DNA from: Auanema rhodensis
Taxonomy: Eukaryota > Animalia > Nematoda
DNA length: 64,000 nucleotides
Reading direction: 5' to 3'
Assembly (NCBI GenBank): GCA_964057225.1
Contig: OZ059894.1
Span: forward strand, 6,014,001 to 6,078,000
The notes beneath the pieces are model-generated. The model made no database searches. It was given only the letters and a program-made list of their open reading frames with translations, and was not told the DNA's origin. A program made the translations under genes and the position numbers. This document shows, one piece after another, positions 41,697 to 56,500 of the stretch; position 1 is the stretch's first letter, and every line of letters begins with the position of its first letter.

Positions 41697-43147
41697 AGTT
41701 AATCAAATACATATGTTTATATTTAAATATAATTATTGATAATCCTGGTGCTATAGAATTCAATTTATCATTTTTATTTATAATCAAGAAGCTTCATTTC
41801 AGTTTTTATGTATTATTCTCACTTTTTTTTTCGTTTAGGTGAAAAAGTTTTTCAAATATACAAGTTTGTAATACATTGTTTTTAAACGAAAAAAAAATTG
41901 GAAAGAATTCTAATATGTATAGTTTGTAATGATATTCTTGACTCATATTATTAATCATACTCTTTTTTAAACAATTACATGTTTTATTTTTCTATTTGCT
42001 GATCTCATTATTGTCATCTTTTAGGATAAATTGTCCTTTTCATTGGAAATTTTTCTTAAATTTCAATTCCAAATCATATAATATACCTTGTATTGAAAGG
42101 GTAATAGTGTCTGTAAATATTGACTTCATTTCTTAGTTTGCACACATACATAACCATATATTCTTTATAAAAATAGAAAAATAAAATTTTAATTTCCAAC
42201 ATGTTTATATGAATTTCAAATGAATATTTTGAATTAGTATTTATTATTATATACATATATGTACATGTAACGTACTGTCTATGTCAATGATGTCACTTTA
42301 ATTGATGGATCATTTAATAATACATTTTGATATTTTTTAAAAAAGTGATCTCTATTTTTAGATAAATAAAAAGCTAAAAGTATTGCTCTCTGCTCGTTTC
42401 CTCTAATATTCTTAAAGTCTTTTTGATTTTCGTTGTTGTAAAGAGTGGGGGCGCAGAGTCGACGAATAGCCCTGAACGATTGAGAAGAAACATCCGGACT
42501 AGCAACACCGTATGAATGTTTGTCAGATTGGTTCTGTTTAATTGGACGATTTTTAAGAACAATTTTTTTTGCATGTCTTTCCTATATTCTTTTTCTATTT
42601 CTTAAATATTTTGAGTTCCCAACATTTTTTCGTCAAGTTCAAAGCTTGAGCCACTTATTCCGCAGTGCTTGTCTTCCAGTGATTCTTTAAGCGTTTCCAT
42701 ATTTGAACTATGATGAATGTTTCAAGAAACTTCTTGAAAACTTTTATATTCTGAATGAAATTAATATGAACAAGTTTAATGTAATCTTATACATCTTAAC
42801 TATCAGCTTTGATGAAATATAAAGATGATGTATACATTAAGCAATATTATATAGAATACTAATATGTTAAGAAGATATTATTAAAAACTTTCAAATAGTA
42901 TCATAATAAGAAAAAGAATTTATTATGTTACTAGATAGATTGAAGATGTTTATGAAGGTTCGTCTTCTGCTGGCATCTGTTCTCTTTACAGCATGTATCT
43001 TTAAGCCCTTTGGCATTCTTCTACTATTGATTGGATCATATGATAAGACTCGAACTTTTCTAGATATTGTTCTATTTACTCTTTTATTTTTTTTTATTTT
43101 TCTTTTCAAATTGGTATTTAATTTATAAAGTTTTGATCATTTGAAGA

Positions 43148-44040
43148 ATGGTTACCATCACTACTGATGGTGAATATCAGCCTTGGTATGCACGTCGTTC
43201 ATTTCCCGTCTTTTGCTTTCCCTGTCTTCCAGCTTATATGGGAGTGTGGCCAGCAAGGTTTGTTGTTTTCATAATTATTTTTAATTTGAAGAAGTGAAAA
43301 AGGGGTCAGGTATCACCATATGTTTATACTTTTTTTTCTTGTATACCCATCAACACAAACTAAATTCATGTTTGAGAGAAAATAAAAATTTCTATGTAAT
43401 CAGTATTGTATTAACTAGTAAAATATTTAAAATTTGAAAAGATATAATAATATTCATATTGCAATCCTTGAATTTATTCGTTTTAGGAGATGTGTTTTGA
43501 TGTTAGGAGCAGTTCTGTTCTTTGTCGGAGTTATGATTCTTTTGGCCATGCTGCTCACCTGTATTGCCGTAGAATGCTCGAACATGTACTTTTTATTTTT
43601 CATATAAATTTACTAAATTCTATATAATTTTCCATTCTCTTCTAAAATTCCTACTTTATAGTGCTGGAGCTCTCGTCCCATTGGCTCTTATTTTAATTAT
43701 TGTGGGTATTCTTCTTTTCCATTGTGGCTGGGCAGCAAACCTTTTAGATGATAAGGGACAAGTTCCAATTAAGTAAGAATAGTTAAATAGTTGCAAAATT
43801 AAATTTTATTTCTTGTAGACGTACTGTTAGAACCACTACTACCACTTACCATACTGATCCTGAATCAGATGCTGCTCAAATTCGTTTGTTTGAAGAAGCC
43901 GCTCGTCCAGACCTTCCAGAGGTATGGTTCTTAGTGATTTGAATCTTGCAATTCTTCATTTTCAGGTTAAACAAGGATATTGGCAATTTGAAGATAAGGA
44001 ATCTTGGCAAGCAGTCGCCAACCCATATCCAATCCAGTAA
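43148..44040 (+). CDS. Two-TM membrane protein of unknown function (5 exons)
   Basis: MVTITTDGEYQPWYARRSFPVFCFPCLPAYMGVWPARRC-TM1-CIAVECSNI-TM2-HCGWAANLLDDKGQVP...NPYPIQ*. Four GT-AG introns keep frame. Confidence 0.85.
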
Positions 44041-47000
44041 GTTTCTTTCCGCAATCACTTAATCATATTCCATTTACAACCATATGTGTTTAAAGTAATT
44101 TATAAACATGTTTAAAGAAAAGCGCATTAGTCAGCTTTTCATAAACTTCACAACATTTGTTTATGTATAATCATTTAGACACACGTTGAAGAATTGCTTA
44201 GAACGACAACCATACTAGATAGAGACTAAACGTTTATGTTATGGAAGAAGAACTTTGTATGAAATTAACTTGTCATTTCGTATTTCAAGCAAATTAATAT
44301 CTTCTCAACATTATTGTATATTCACATTTACTGCTTTTCATGCTAACACCAAAAAAAATTCTCAAAATCTTGATTTTAAATCGAGAGTTTTACCATTTTC
44401 ATTCTTTTGTTGCAATGCTATTGTTGTATGCAGTATAAGTCTATTAACTTTACAATGAATGCCCTCCTTATTCAGTATTACTGTCAGCTGTCTCTTAATC
44501 CATCTTTTAGAATAAATTTTTCTAATTTAAAAAAAAATCACAAAACCATTTATTGATATACGTATACATATATGTATATATATTTGATATCTTTACAAAT
44601 TTACCAAATGAGATATAAACAACTATGAGTAATATAACCCAAGGTTAGATAGGAAACAACAAAAACACTTCAAAATATTTTCAAATTTTCATGTATTTAT
44701 GCTTCTCCATCTTGATTATCGATTTTCTACATTTTCTTTCAATTAGCATAACTTCACGTCAATCTTGTATACGTTGATAATTCCACGTAGCATTTTGACT
44801 TCAATTATTCACACGAGCGGCTTGTATTCATTTATCTATTTTTTAAAATTAACTTTTGCTTTATTCATCTAATTCATATGTTCACTACTAATATACTAAG
44901 AGTCTATTGTAATCGAATTATCTCACAATTTTGGTTTGTACTTACATTTGGTCCTTTTATACCCATTCAATATAACATATTGTCCTTGTGCTCAGATTCA
45001 AATGGCTGAATCAGCTATTTTTTTCTAAAAAAATGACATTTCATAATCGTTTTCTCACCGATATCGCATAAATGACCATCGAGTCAGAAAAACGATGAAT
45101 GGAATTAGAAAAAGCCGTTGATGGGGCATCGAGGGTGGCCCCAATTTTGCGTACTCATAGACTTTCCCATTTAATCATAGTTAACACGTGTTCACAGTTC
45201 TTCTAAATGGCATTTCATTGTCATATTCATTATTCCCTATATAATCCATATGGCAATTGCTAGAAAAAAAATATAAAGATTCCTCTTAAACAGAATGTTG
45301 ATTTTCTTCATATTATTTTGCATTCTTAAATCAATTAATGTTTGTTTGGAAAAAAAATTTTTTTTAACTATGTGATGATCTGAATGAGCTGTTTCTTTCA
45401 ACGATTTTTCTTCGTCAATTTTGAATGAATCTCCCAAATCGCTTTTTTTATCCACGGCACCCAACTACAGTTCTTACAATAAAACATCTGCATCATTATC
45501 TCATTTCAAATCATCACATTTCTACTTTTATTCACTAGTTTATGATATTTAATATTTAACTCCGAGTTTCTCTCCATTTATCTCTTTCTCGCTCTCTTCT
45601 GTTTTATCATCTTCCGGAGCATCCTACCTCACTAACAAACTCGCCGTTTTTCCATTTGACGATAACGACAGCCCTGCTCATATTGAGCAGTTTGCCCAAT
45701 TGGCCCATCTCCACTATCGTCTTCATCTTCCTTTCGTTGTAATCTATCGCCCATCGTTGATTGTGGACGACCGGCTGTTGCTCTTCATTGTGTCCATTTG
45801 TTATTCAAGTACTCACCTTGCCATCTCCGTCTCTTCAGTTTCCTTACAGCTTTTCGATGAATCGTCCACTTTTGCAACACTGCTTCATATAAATTTTGTT
45901 TCGAGTATTTCAACTTCGCTCTCTTTATTGTCTGTCGCAACTTTGTTCCATTTTTTCCTTAGATACACCCACTTTTTTCGACAACTTAGTTGAAATATAT
46001 AGCTAGTCAGTGTTAGTTTCTCTTACATTTTGATCAGCTATGTTGAAGCTTCTTCTTTTTACTACCCCTTTATATATCTTTATCCCAATCCATGAACATT
46101 TTTTCCTTTGTTTACTTTTGGCTAGCCGTTCTTGTGTACCTCGCCACATGACAACGTGTCCAATGCATACCATTCTGTTTTTTTTTGGCTTCAAATTTGA
46201 CCATTTCAGTGTTTCCATTGTTTTAAAATTTGTAAACGATATGAAATCGCTCAGATTATTCTCTCTATATTTCATTTAATGCTTATTCTCTTATGCTGCT
46301 AGCTAATATGTAAGCTTGAAATCATTTAAAAAATATTTCGTTAAGTTTTCGCAACATTTTCTGATAAATATTCAGTTACTTTTGGAATTTGTTGGTGGTA
46401 CAATAGCAAATGTTTAATCAAGCAGAAGGTCACATCAAGAGTCTACTTGTGCGTATCGTCTAACGACGGCCAACATCCTCCCGTTCCTATTTATTCGACC
46501 GATTTGCGCCTTATTCTATTCTGCTTCTCGCATAATATCTGACAACGATACAGTTACGCGCTAGTGCAGACACAGTTCTCACATTTCTATTTTAATTAGT
46601 GAGCACAACTAGTGAACGTCTGGAATTCGGCCGACCGTTTTCCACTCTTTTGCTTAAGACCTCGGTTACACAAAGGACTCGTTCCGCTTCAAGCTGAACG
46701 TTGAACGAACCTTAGATCGTCACCGTATGATACGTTGCGCATATATGGTGTTTCACTTTGTTTGCGCCAACTGGATCTATATTATTACTATTTTACCTTA
46801 TAATTACACTTATTTTTTCATTGGAATGCTGGTAAATAAGCAACTTTCCATATGATTCTCTGAGTATTGAAAGAAAGCTTTCTCTTTTATCGATCTACAC
46901 ATGATTAGCTATTGACAAACTTCAAATAATCCTTTTGTGACTTGTATATGTTGAATATATATATATATACAGGTAATTACCTAATTTCTCTTCTGTGTAC

Positions 47001-47568
47001 ACCATGGTCGTCGGCGTCAGTCAGTCATTTAACTGGACATTGAACCAGCCACATCTATCCAGCCATCCACAACGATGACTATTCTTCATGTCGTTTATTT
47101 ATCGTTCTTCTTTCACCATACGTATTCATACTATTTGAGATTCTAGTTCATAATTATGTCTTCTTGTGTTCTCTTCTGACCATTTTGAGCTATATTACTT
47201 GCTTTGTACCGACTTCATATCATTTTACTTTTTCATTTTTCAGCTGACTTATGTTTATCTCTGCCTTTACTTCTCTCTTTTCCTCTTCGGTCGTAACTTT
47301 CTATCTTTACAGATATCGTTTTTCTTTTCACCCTCCTTATCTTTAACAGTCTTTTTTTGATCTTTTCTTTCTGATACCCGACTGGAGCGTTCACTTGTGC
47401 TTGACGTGAACAAGTGAGACATTAGGATGAAGGGCGTGATGAGTCAGAAGGTCTGCTGCTTCCCCACTCCTTGTTATTTCTCCTCCCCTTCGCTCAATTT
47501 TCTGTTCCCATCAACGCACATCTCACGGTAATGGTGTATTGCTGGCTGTTTCCCCGGCTATTGATAAG

Positions 47569-50500
47569 ATGCAACCGAACGTTTTTGGGCTAGATTGCCA
47601 AGCAGCTTGGGACACTATAATGTCTTCTACTCCTGTACCTAAGCCTAGAACAATCATTCCTTACTATTCATCTCCTCATGTTCCGATTTCTTCTGTTTGC
47701 TCTCTTTTGCTCGCCACAAGCACGACAGCCGACGACACAGACGATGCAGTTGATAGTGATGATGATACTGGTGACGTCGCCATTATTGTTAACTTCCGAG
47801 ATCCTATCATGAACGATCATCCTGTATCTTCTTCTAAATGTTTATGCCACTTCTTCTATGATGTATTCATCGATCATTATATTTTTTAGGTATGGGTGAG
47901 GACCCTGGTATGGATGAGAGCCATAATACTGTTCTAAAAGCTTGTGAGATAGGTAGAGTAATGCCCTCTTGTCCTAATAATCCTGCCGATCTCAACAAAT
48001 CGTAAGTCTTTCTCTTTTTTGAGAATGTCGCTTTCTTGTCTTATCACTCTTTTTGTTTGGTTCGTTCTTTTCGTTTTTCTGTTCTAATATTCTCACCTCC
48101 GCAGAATCCGGCTCAAATGTGCAAAAATTAATGAAAGTGTCGCACATACTGACAGCCGCTTAGCTAAAAAAGATTTCTTTGTTTTATCGTTTTCATCAAC
48201 AAATTCTGTTTGTTCAACTTCATAATTCACTCTTTTCTTTTTTTCTCATGCAACTAACCCACCAGTCGTTGTTACCATGTGTAGGTCCTTCACTAGTTTT
48301 TTCATTTCACACAGTTAATCGATTTTCAATCTGTATACAAGAAGTTATGATGATGATCAAACTTCCTGTTCTTTCAAATATCTTATGTATCAAGTACTAT
48401 TCTTTCCGTTCACTGCTATATTTACAGAATTTCATCAGAAAAAGACATAATACAAGTTCATGTAGAAGATATTACCCCCGATTCAGGTAAGTAATTTATT
48501 ATTCATTTTCTTATTATATGATCTACTGTTCTATTCTTATTTTATACTTTTATATATTCTGACTCGTACTCTATTCTTTTATTGCTAATGCTTAACTACG
48601 TCCAAATCTTATGAGAAATCCTCAGTACAATCTTATATCCTGTTTGAAAGTTAACATCTCTATTTGCTTTTGAAGTTTTCCCACCTACAGATTTTTTTTA
48701 TCACAACGGAAACAACCACATTCTAAATTCTCTGCAATAAAGCGATAACAATCACGTGTACGATATGACGGTGCTAATCTCGTGTCGGTACTAATTTTGC
48801 ATAACTATAATTAGGATACGTTTACGTATTGAACTTCTTTTCCTCATCTATTAGTAATGGTTTATCATATGGTTTGATACCTTACTTTGAAAATATATAG
48901 CTCTAAAATCTTCACATGCATTGTTTGGTAAACAGAGGGATTAGTTTGAGACTGAGATGTGTTTGCCTTATATACCCCCAAGTCTTTGATGAACAAGTCA
49001 TCCATCTTTATACTTTATGAATTCTCATGATATGCATTATACGATGTGCTATCCAGAGTTTCTTGGAATATCCGGCATTCTTTCAGGTGGCCTATTACCT
49101 CAGACATTAGGGAGCATGGCTGGCTCGGAGGGCGCTCCCGGACGTGCTGCTCTCAAAAAGGAAAAGTCTTTACAAATTGGTGTTGAGTGCCTGACGGGCG
49201 AAGAGCAACTGCGAGAGTGCCGAATCGCCAAAGAAATTGCCGACTCATTTGAAGAAGTACGTTTTCTTCATTGAAATTCCTGTTCGCATAATCCAGGATT
49301 TGCTTAAATTCAACGCTGACAACAACACTATTTCAGCGGCCTCCTCCTCCTAACGTCTATGATGCATCAAGCATGAATATGGATATGTATTCAAAGAAAA
49401 CTCTAGATAGGAAACCTTCTTTATTAGAGAAAATTATTCGATCACATTCAATTTGGTTTGTTTTCTAATTTTTGTTTGTCATGTTCCTGTTTTTATAGGT
49501 ATCTGCCACATGTGGGACGACCAACAGCGACGCACATGTTACGCAACATGGAACCTGGGGTATGAAAATGAAACATAAAATGGACGATGGGAAAATTAAA
49601 CTGAGTTTTCAGAATTTCATTGTCAGATCGGCTTCGCGACCGTCATGCATGGCCATATCTGTCAAGTTACCTATTGGCTTTGACATAGAAATAGACCATT
49701 ATATCATCGAAGTTGTACCCAGTCGTGGGGTAGGTGTTGTTAGTCATCTTTTCTACCCATTTGTTTTATCGCTCGAACGTCTGAAAACCAAAATTATCAC
49801 CGTTTCTTTCATATGACGAATAGATTTATTATGATATGCAAGTCAATGTGTTTTTTTTTCAGGTGCGCATTGAGAATAGTCCTCTTCTTTTTTCTTCCCT
49901 CCCAATGCTAATTGCACATTATTGTGTGGATGGGTTTGTGGCTTAATTTATATTCTAAATTTATATGGTATTTTATAGGGAAGAACTACAAATTAGGTTG
50001 CGTTTACCAGCTTCTATTCGAACATGTGACAGTACGAAAGGTCTGCAAAGCATAGCTCTCCTAGGCCAAGGTTAGTCCTAATCTTTTCTCTTTCGTTTAT
50101 CTTGAAAAACCTTTCTTTTCATTAGCGAAATCTCATATGCTCGTTTGGAACTTGTAGTTCAGAACATATGTTGTTAAGATGACACGCTCATTCTAGCCTT
50201 AGCGACAGATCAATTTCAATTTCTTTGATCTTTTTCGTTTTTAAATTTTTCCAACTTTGCTGTTAATTGTTGTTGAAACTTCAACTGATCGCTCTATAAT
50301 TACGCCAGATTTTAGTTTCTTTTATATTATTTAGCCTAACTACTATCTTTGTTGATCGTTTTGATATGTAGTTGTTCATCCGTACCCTTTCAAATCAGGT
50401 TCCGAAGTCATTAAATATGATTTGTCTTATGAATTCGGTCATTCTTGAACAAGAAGGTCAACTGCTTCGGTTATCCTTTCTTCGATTAGTCTGAGTGAGT

Positions 50501-53500
50501 TCCAGTTGAAGTTTTAAAGTTTCTTACATTGATGGCGTTCAACATCATAAGCATATTCATGTGAGATGGCGGTTTACATCTTGCTCATATGACTTACCTT
50601 CGTGGTTCTTTCCTATATATATCCGTTTCGAATGACCTTCTCAATCTATGGATGAATCCCTCTTTTAGAGCGAATACATAGTGTTGTCGTTCATATTGAC
50701 GCTATTGATTATTGACTGCATAATCAATTCGCATCTCTCTATCTTTCTGTTCCAATTCTATTTTTAATGATAAGGATGTCATATCTCCAAAATCTTGACC
50801 ATATCTCTGGATATGCCTTGTACCAATACTAATGTTTATCCATTTGACCAAAGTCTGTTAGCTGACGTGTGAAGGCACGAGCAAGAGATGTCATTTGGTG
50901 TTAGACGCTTCAGCTGTTCATTTCCGTTTCTAATCTTACGTTCTATTGCCTATTAATGGACAAGCTTGCAAAATACGTTTCTATCAAACTTGCAATTCTT
51001 AGTATTTTCTCTTCTTCCTCTCCCGTTATGCTTTCTCTCTCTTAGGCAATTTGTGCTACTACTCACATGGTTCTAATTTGCCGCCACTTCAAATCATCTC
51101 ATGTGTTTGACCACTTTTCTTCCCTGTTTTCGTAAAACCTCTCACTTAAAATAATCTCAGTTCGTTGATTTACTTATGACATCTGGGCCAGATCAATCAT
51201 AAAATAACTGAAACATCTTTTGACTTTAATAATCGATTTATATCGTCGAGATAGCTACAACATTTCAAATAATCTTGTTTTCTATTATTCACCCGAGTTC
51301 TTTTCAAATCCACATTCAAAGAGTATTTGATATTTTATCTTCAAAAATTTGAAAGTTTTTAAATTTCTATGAAGCCTTTATAGATTTTTGGACCAGTGAT
51401 ATGTCACTGCCCCGCTGTAGTTCGCGGTCTTCACATAGAACTAATGATTCTACAAGTTCTCACGGCGGCAGTGGTCCGTCAAAAGAAGACGAGTTGCATC
51501 CCGCAGCCCACTATGCCGTTAATGAAGCCCCAAGAATACAGGTATTTTCACTTACGGTCATCGTTTTTAATTTTAAGCACCCTTTTTATTCAACCAATAA
51601 CAAGAATGAGACTATTCTCTAAAACTTACCAATTGGTTTCAGACAAAGAAACGCTCCTCTACCGGTAGGCAAGATCCTGCACGATTTGCAACTGTACACG
51701 GTGATTTATTATCTGTAGTAAAAGAGAAAGACACTTCATCTCCTCCTAATAAGCAAGATAGACTTGATGGTATATATTTAGAATTTAGAATTTTAATTTT
51801 ATATATACTAATTATTTTAGAATCTCGAATTTCTCGAATTAGCCGTCGTTCACAATCTGTGAGAGCTCCTTCTGATAAATGTTAGTTTACATTTACAACT
51901 ACAGTGTACTGAATAATTATCAACCTTTTTAGCATATCAGCAACAGCAATCTTCTTCAATATTACGACGATCATTTTTGCGAAATATTTTTGGAAAAGAA
52001 ACCAACAATAAACCTAAAAATAATCCAGTTCAGTTAGCGCATTGTGACTTTTTTATTCCAACATCTGATCGTCAGAAAACACTGAAAGGGTAGGTCAATG
52101 AGTTTCTTCCTTTTTTTCGTTTCTCTCGGTTTAAGCTTTTTGAGGTCTAATGGTTTGAAGTTTTTTTCTTTAAATAAAACCATCTGTGTGTTTAAATGGC
52201 ACATTTTCAATATTTAGTTTCAATCAATGTAGTAAAGTTACCTATGGGCTGAATGTTTTTTGAGAAAACAGATTGTAAGAGAGATGAAACGGAGATGAAG
52301 CTCGAACGAGAGTGAAACAGACAGCAAAACGATTAGTATTTGTCACAATAAGTTCGGGCGGTCATAAATTTTCTCGAGCACACGTCTGTTAGGATGACTT
52401 GCTTTCGTTTTTCGGTTCACTGCGATAAAGAGAGGAATAATATTGTGTGTGTCCTTCATCCTTATTAAATGGTCTCCTGTTTTTGGTAGGATACCACTGT
52501 CAAATTTTTCATTTCCTCATCACTCTTCTTCTTTATTCATTTTTTTTCAGTTCTCGATCAGCCTATGATGTCGCTGAAGTTGCACCGGGTTCCAAACCTT
52601 TATGGGAGTTGGATAACGTTATGATGAGTTTCAAGCCTTTGCACGGTATAGACGACGGTTAGCTTGTTTTCGTGTCTTATTTTTAAATTCAATGTTGACT
52701 TTACTGTTGTTATTAAGTATTAATGTTCTTTTCTGGAGCTTGTATTTGTTTGCTTAGTCAATCACATCACTCCGTGACTTGTGATGCTCAGATTTTACAC
52801 TTCATTTTTTTGTTTCTTTTACGAAACTATTGTAAAAAAAGATCTTAATATATCAAAGTGATGCCTACAACGATTACACCACGATTTTGTATAAAATTAG
52901 AGTGGCTATCCAAAAATATAATTCACGTGAATTGACGTGAAGCAATTTTTTTTCATTGCAAACAAGTTGGTCATACAGAGTGGTTGCCTTTTTTTTAACC
53001 TATTTTTTGTATTAACTCTTGTTTTTTAAGGAGTTGGATCTAAGAATAATTCTCAACTGCGAAGAGAACGAAGTGATCTGTGTCCATCCTCCGTAGCTAG
53101 ACTTGCCAGGCATAATGATGGATCTCCCGGTCCGAGCCAAAGGGTACAGTTTTTCTTTTTTCATCGTGGCGGTTTTCTTTTAATAAATGGGAAACCGCAA
53201 AAATAGAAGAATTGACAATCGTAATTAAAATGTTTTGTAGACTCATCAGTCACAGCCACAACATCAACAGAGACTTCCGATGCGTCCGCCCAGTACAGTG
53301 TTGGATACGAAGAATTGCGTTGAAGAGTTACGACGTAAACGGTCAGTCACGTGAATTGTTTTTCATGATTAGTGTTATGGCTGTACTAGGGTTAGAGCTT
53401 TGTTGCCATGATTCAGCATTTGCAGCAGAAAATGTATGAAACTGGGAGATCAGTCCTCTTTCGTCCTTTCTGTTTGCTGTTCATAGGAAATGGCCATATA

Positions 53501-56500
53501 AATTCGTTGCCCGCCTTTCTTCTTGCTCTACTTTCTATTATTCTTTTGTGTGTTAGAATTCGTTTCTCCTAAATATACGAAAACACCAGAACATATCCTC
53601 CCTCAGTTTTGTAACCTGTAATGGTGACAACCAACCTCTGTTTTCAATTTTAATTTTCGATATTTTATTAAGTAAATTTCAGGTTGCAATCAACTAATGA
53701 GATGCTTAATCCTGCTAAGAGTATGACGGCTAGTCCTCAGATATCTGTGAGGTATTTATTGTAAAATCTTGTCTTTGTATTTTTTTCAATTCGTATTAGA
53801 AGAGTCAATATGTCCCCATCCTGGCGTCATGATGCTCAGAAGCAGGAACATCGGCTATCTGTTCCAAATCTCGTGCCAGAACCTTCATCTTCTGTATTGC
53901 AGTCTGCTAAAGCTTTGAAAGAAAAACTAGGTAGAACCGGTAACGGAGAACTCAGTGTATGAAATGATTTCATATTATGTTTGTTTTGAAATGGCTATCT
54001 ATAGAACATCAATGAAGGTCTTATTACTCCTGTAGTTCGACGGAAGCAGTTCAATCGTTTGAATCAGGAAGAATGCTCTGCTTCTTCAGTATCTAGTTCT
54101 TCTAGTAATGATAGGTATGTTTTATTATCCTTTTAAAAAGAAATATGGTTGCTGTCGTTTCTGTATACCATACCAACAACATCTGTCCTCTTATGTACTC
54201 TGCTGAGATTATAGGGTTGAACGATCTGAAAGTGTAGAACAACCAGTAGATTTCCAACCGGGTGCTATGAATACTAACGTTAAACAAACCGCTATATGGG
54301 ATAATACTAGGTGGGTTTTTTTTTCCATTTTTTTTTTGTCTTCTCTACCACTCTCGAGTTTCATGTCTTATATTTTTTGAACGGTTTCCGGTCCAACTGA
54401 AGTGGTTGCTGACTGTTGGCTATTTCTACCTTCTGAATATATGCCGATTTTTTCTCTTTATTGGTATCTTATAAAATCCCCAGTTCCTCACATCTCCAGT
54501 ATGAAATATAGCTTCAAAGTATTTCTGAACATTTTTAATGCGTCAGCTTCCGGTTTTTGCGTTTACATACTGTTTCACTGTATAATCTGATTATTTACTA
54601 CTATTCTTATCGTAAGGATTTGGAAAAATCATTGATGTTATTCACAATCTGCTGATTTTTGGTTTATCAGTTTGTTATCACATAGGATCACTATGCCTTT
54701 TCTCTCTTTCTCTCTTCTCTTTCTTCAAATCAAATGGCTGGGACTATACACGACTACTACTGCTGACCGCCTTTAGCATTTATCTTCCATATATGTGTAC
54801 TTTCTTTGCTTCTATCTTTGATTTGTCCATATGCACTACTCCATTCTTCTAGCTTGCTATAAGCGATTTCTGTCATTCACTGTGTATTCTTCTCACTGTT
54901 TTCTTTCCTCACTTCCTGTTTCTGATGCGAGAGATACCCAACTCCCACCAACTAAGCCTTCTTTCTTTTTCTTCTTTTCTCCCTCGTTCTCTTATTTCTT
55001 CAGTTTGTTTCCTCCGTGTCAGCGGTTTCCTCATATATATCTATACAAACGCACCCTTCATCGTTCTCGCCTCTCATGTCTGCAATGCCTGTCCATACCT
55101 AGCCTTCAGATTAAATTCTCTTTTAAAATCCGATGTATATATATATATCGGATTTTCGGATATATATCTTCTTCATCTTCTTTTTACTCAACACCATATG
55201 CTATATTTCTGCTTTATTTCTAATTTTTAACTTATTTCTCATTATGTATAACCGCTCGAATCTTGATGTCATCTTTTCTAAACATTTACATGATGGAAAT
55301 GTAATATCTATATGCATTTCATCGTGCTTCTCTCCTGATTGCTGTAAAGCGTCTTTTACGATAACGGCGTATTTCTCCTAGTATTTCTCCCTTTTCTCCT
55401 GTTCAGTTCGTTTGCTATGCCTTCTTCTGTCTTTGTTCTTTCTATATTTTCCTCTTTTTTTTCTGCTCTCATTCTTTCCTTTCATTAACTGTGAACATTA
55501 TTTCGATTTCTTTGTCGGCTTTTATCAGATCTTTGATAATAGCCTAACTCCTCAAAGCACTCACAGAGCATCTTCACACACCATCTCTACTTCTTCAGTT
55601 ATCTTTTTTCTATTTATTTCTTTTATTTGGCCTTGTATGAAATATGCTTATTATTAGTTATTTTCTTCTTCATCATATTATTCTCCATCGTCATCTTCTT
55701 TCTCTTCTAACTGATTTTGATGACAAATCAAGCGTGATATCATTTGTTCGCTTATAATCTATATACATATATGGATTAGAAAACTGATTATGAGTTCTTT
55801 GAATGTTTGTACGATGCTGAGATTCTTTAAGATTCCTTGGAATCGTGTTCTTTTCCAATTCTACTTGTAATATTTTATTTCACTTTCGCTTCATTCCTTA
55901 ATAATATCCCATGCTATGTTGGACCCTCTCTAGATTCTAAAGTACTCAAGCCATGATTCTCAGGTTTCCTCTGGCTTGCAGCCTTCAGTAGTAGTGGCTG
56001 AAACCGGTTATAGTTTCTTCTCACGGCTGTGTCAGATGTGTTTTCGTGCTATTCATCCATGTCTTATGTCTAATCTAACTATCTTCCTCAGTATTGGCAA
56101 ATATTCCTCCTCGGTCCTAAGCGATGTGACGTATTTTGCACATTTTCGTATGAATCTTCACAAAGAACCATTTTCATTATTTGGCTTTGTTGATGCTTAT
56201 GGTTATGGCAATGTTTGTGAATCGTTTCTCGCCTTTTCATTCGTTTAGCTGTTGTTTAGAAGTGTTATGCTATACCATATAACTCTTGATTGAGGACACC
56301 GAGGCAGGTGCCACGAGGTCACATCTAGTTTTATCCTGTTCATCCCTCACAATGATTTCGACTTGACCCTCCACTCGGCTTTATTAGCTACATCGCTTCC
56401 AACTTGCTCTCATCAAAGCCGGCTTTCATCTATTGCTCTAATCTGAAGTTTTACAACTTAAAAACGCTGACCACCTGCATTTTTTCCAGCAATTGAATTC

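Noticed and set aside
44690-45200. Minus-strand GTGAGA/GTAAGT donor-like sites suggesting a small gene
   Set aside because: All splice combinations tried hit stops; no supportable CDS.
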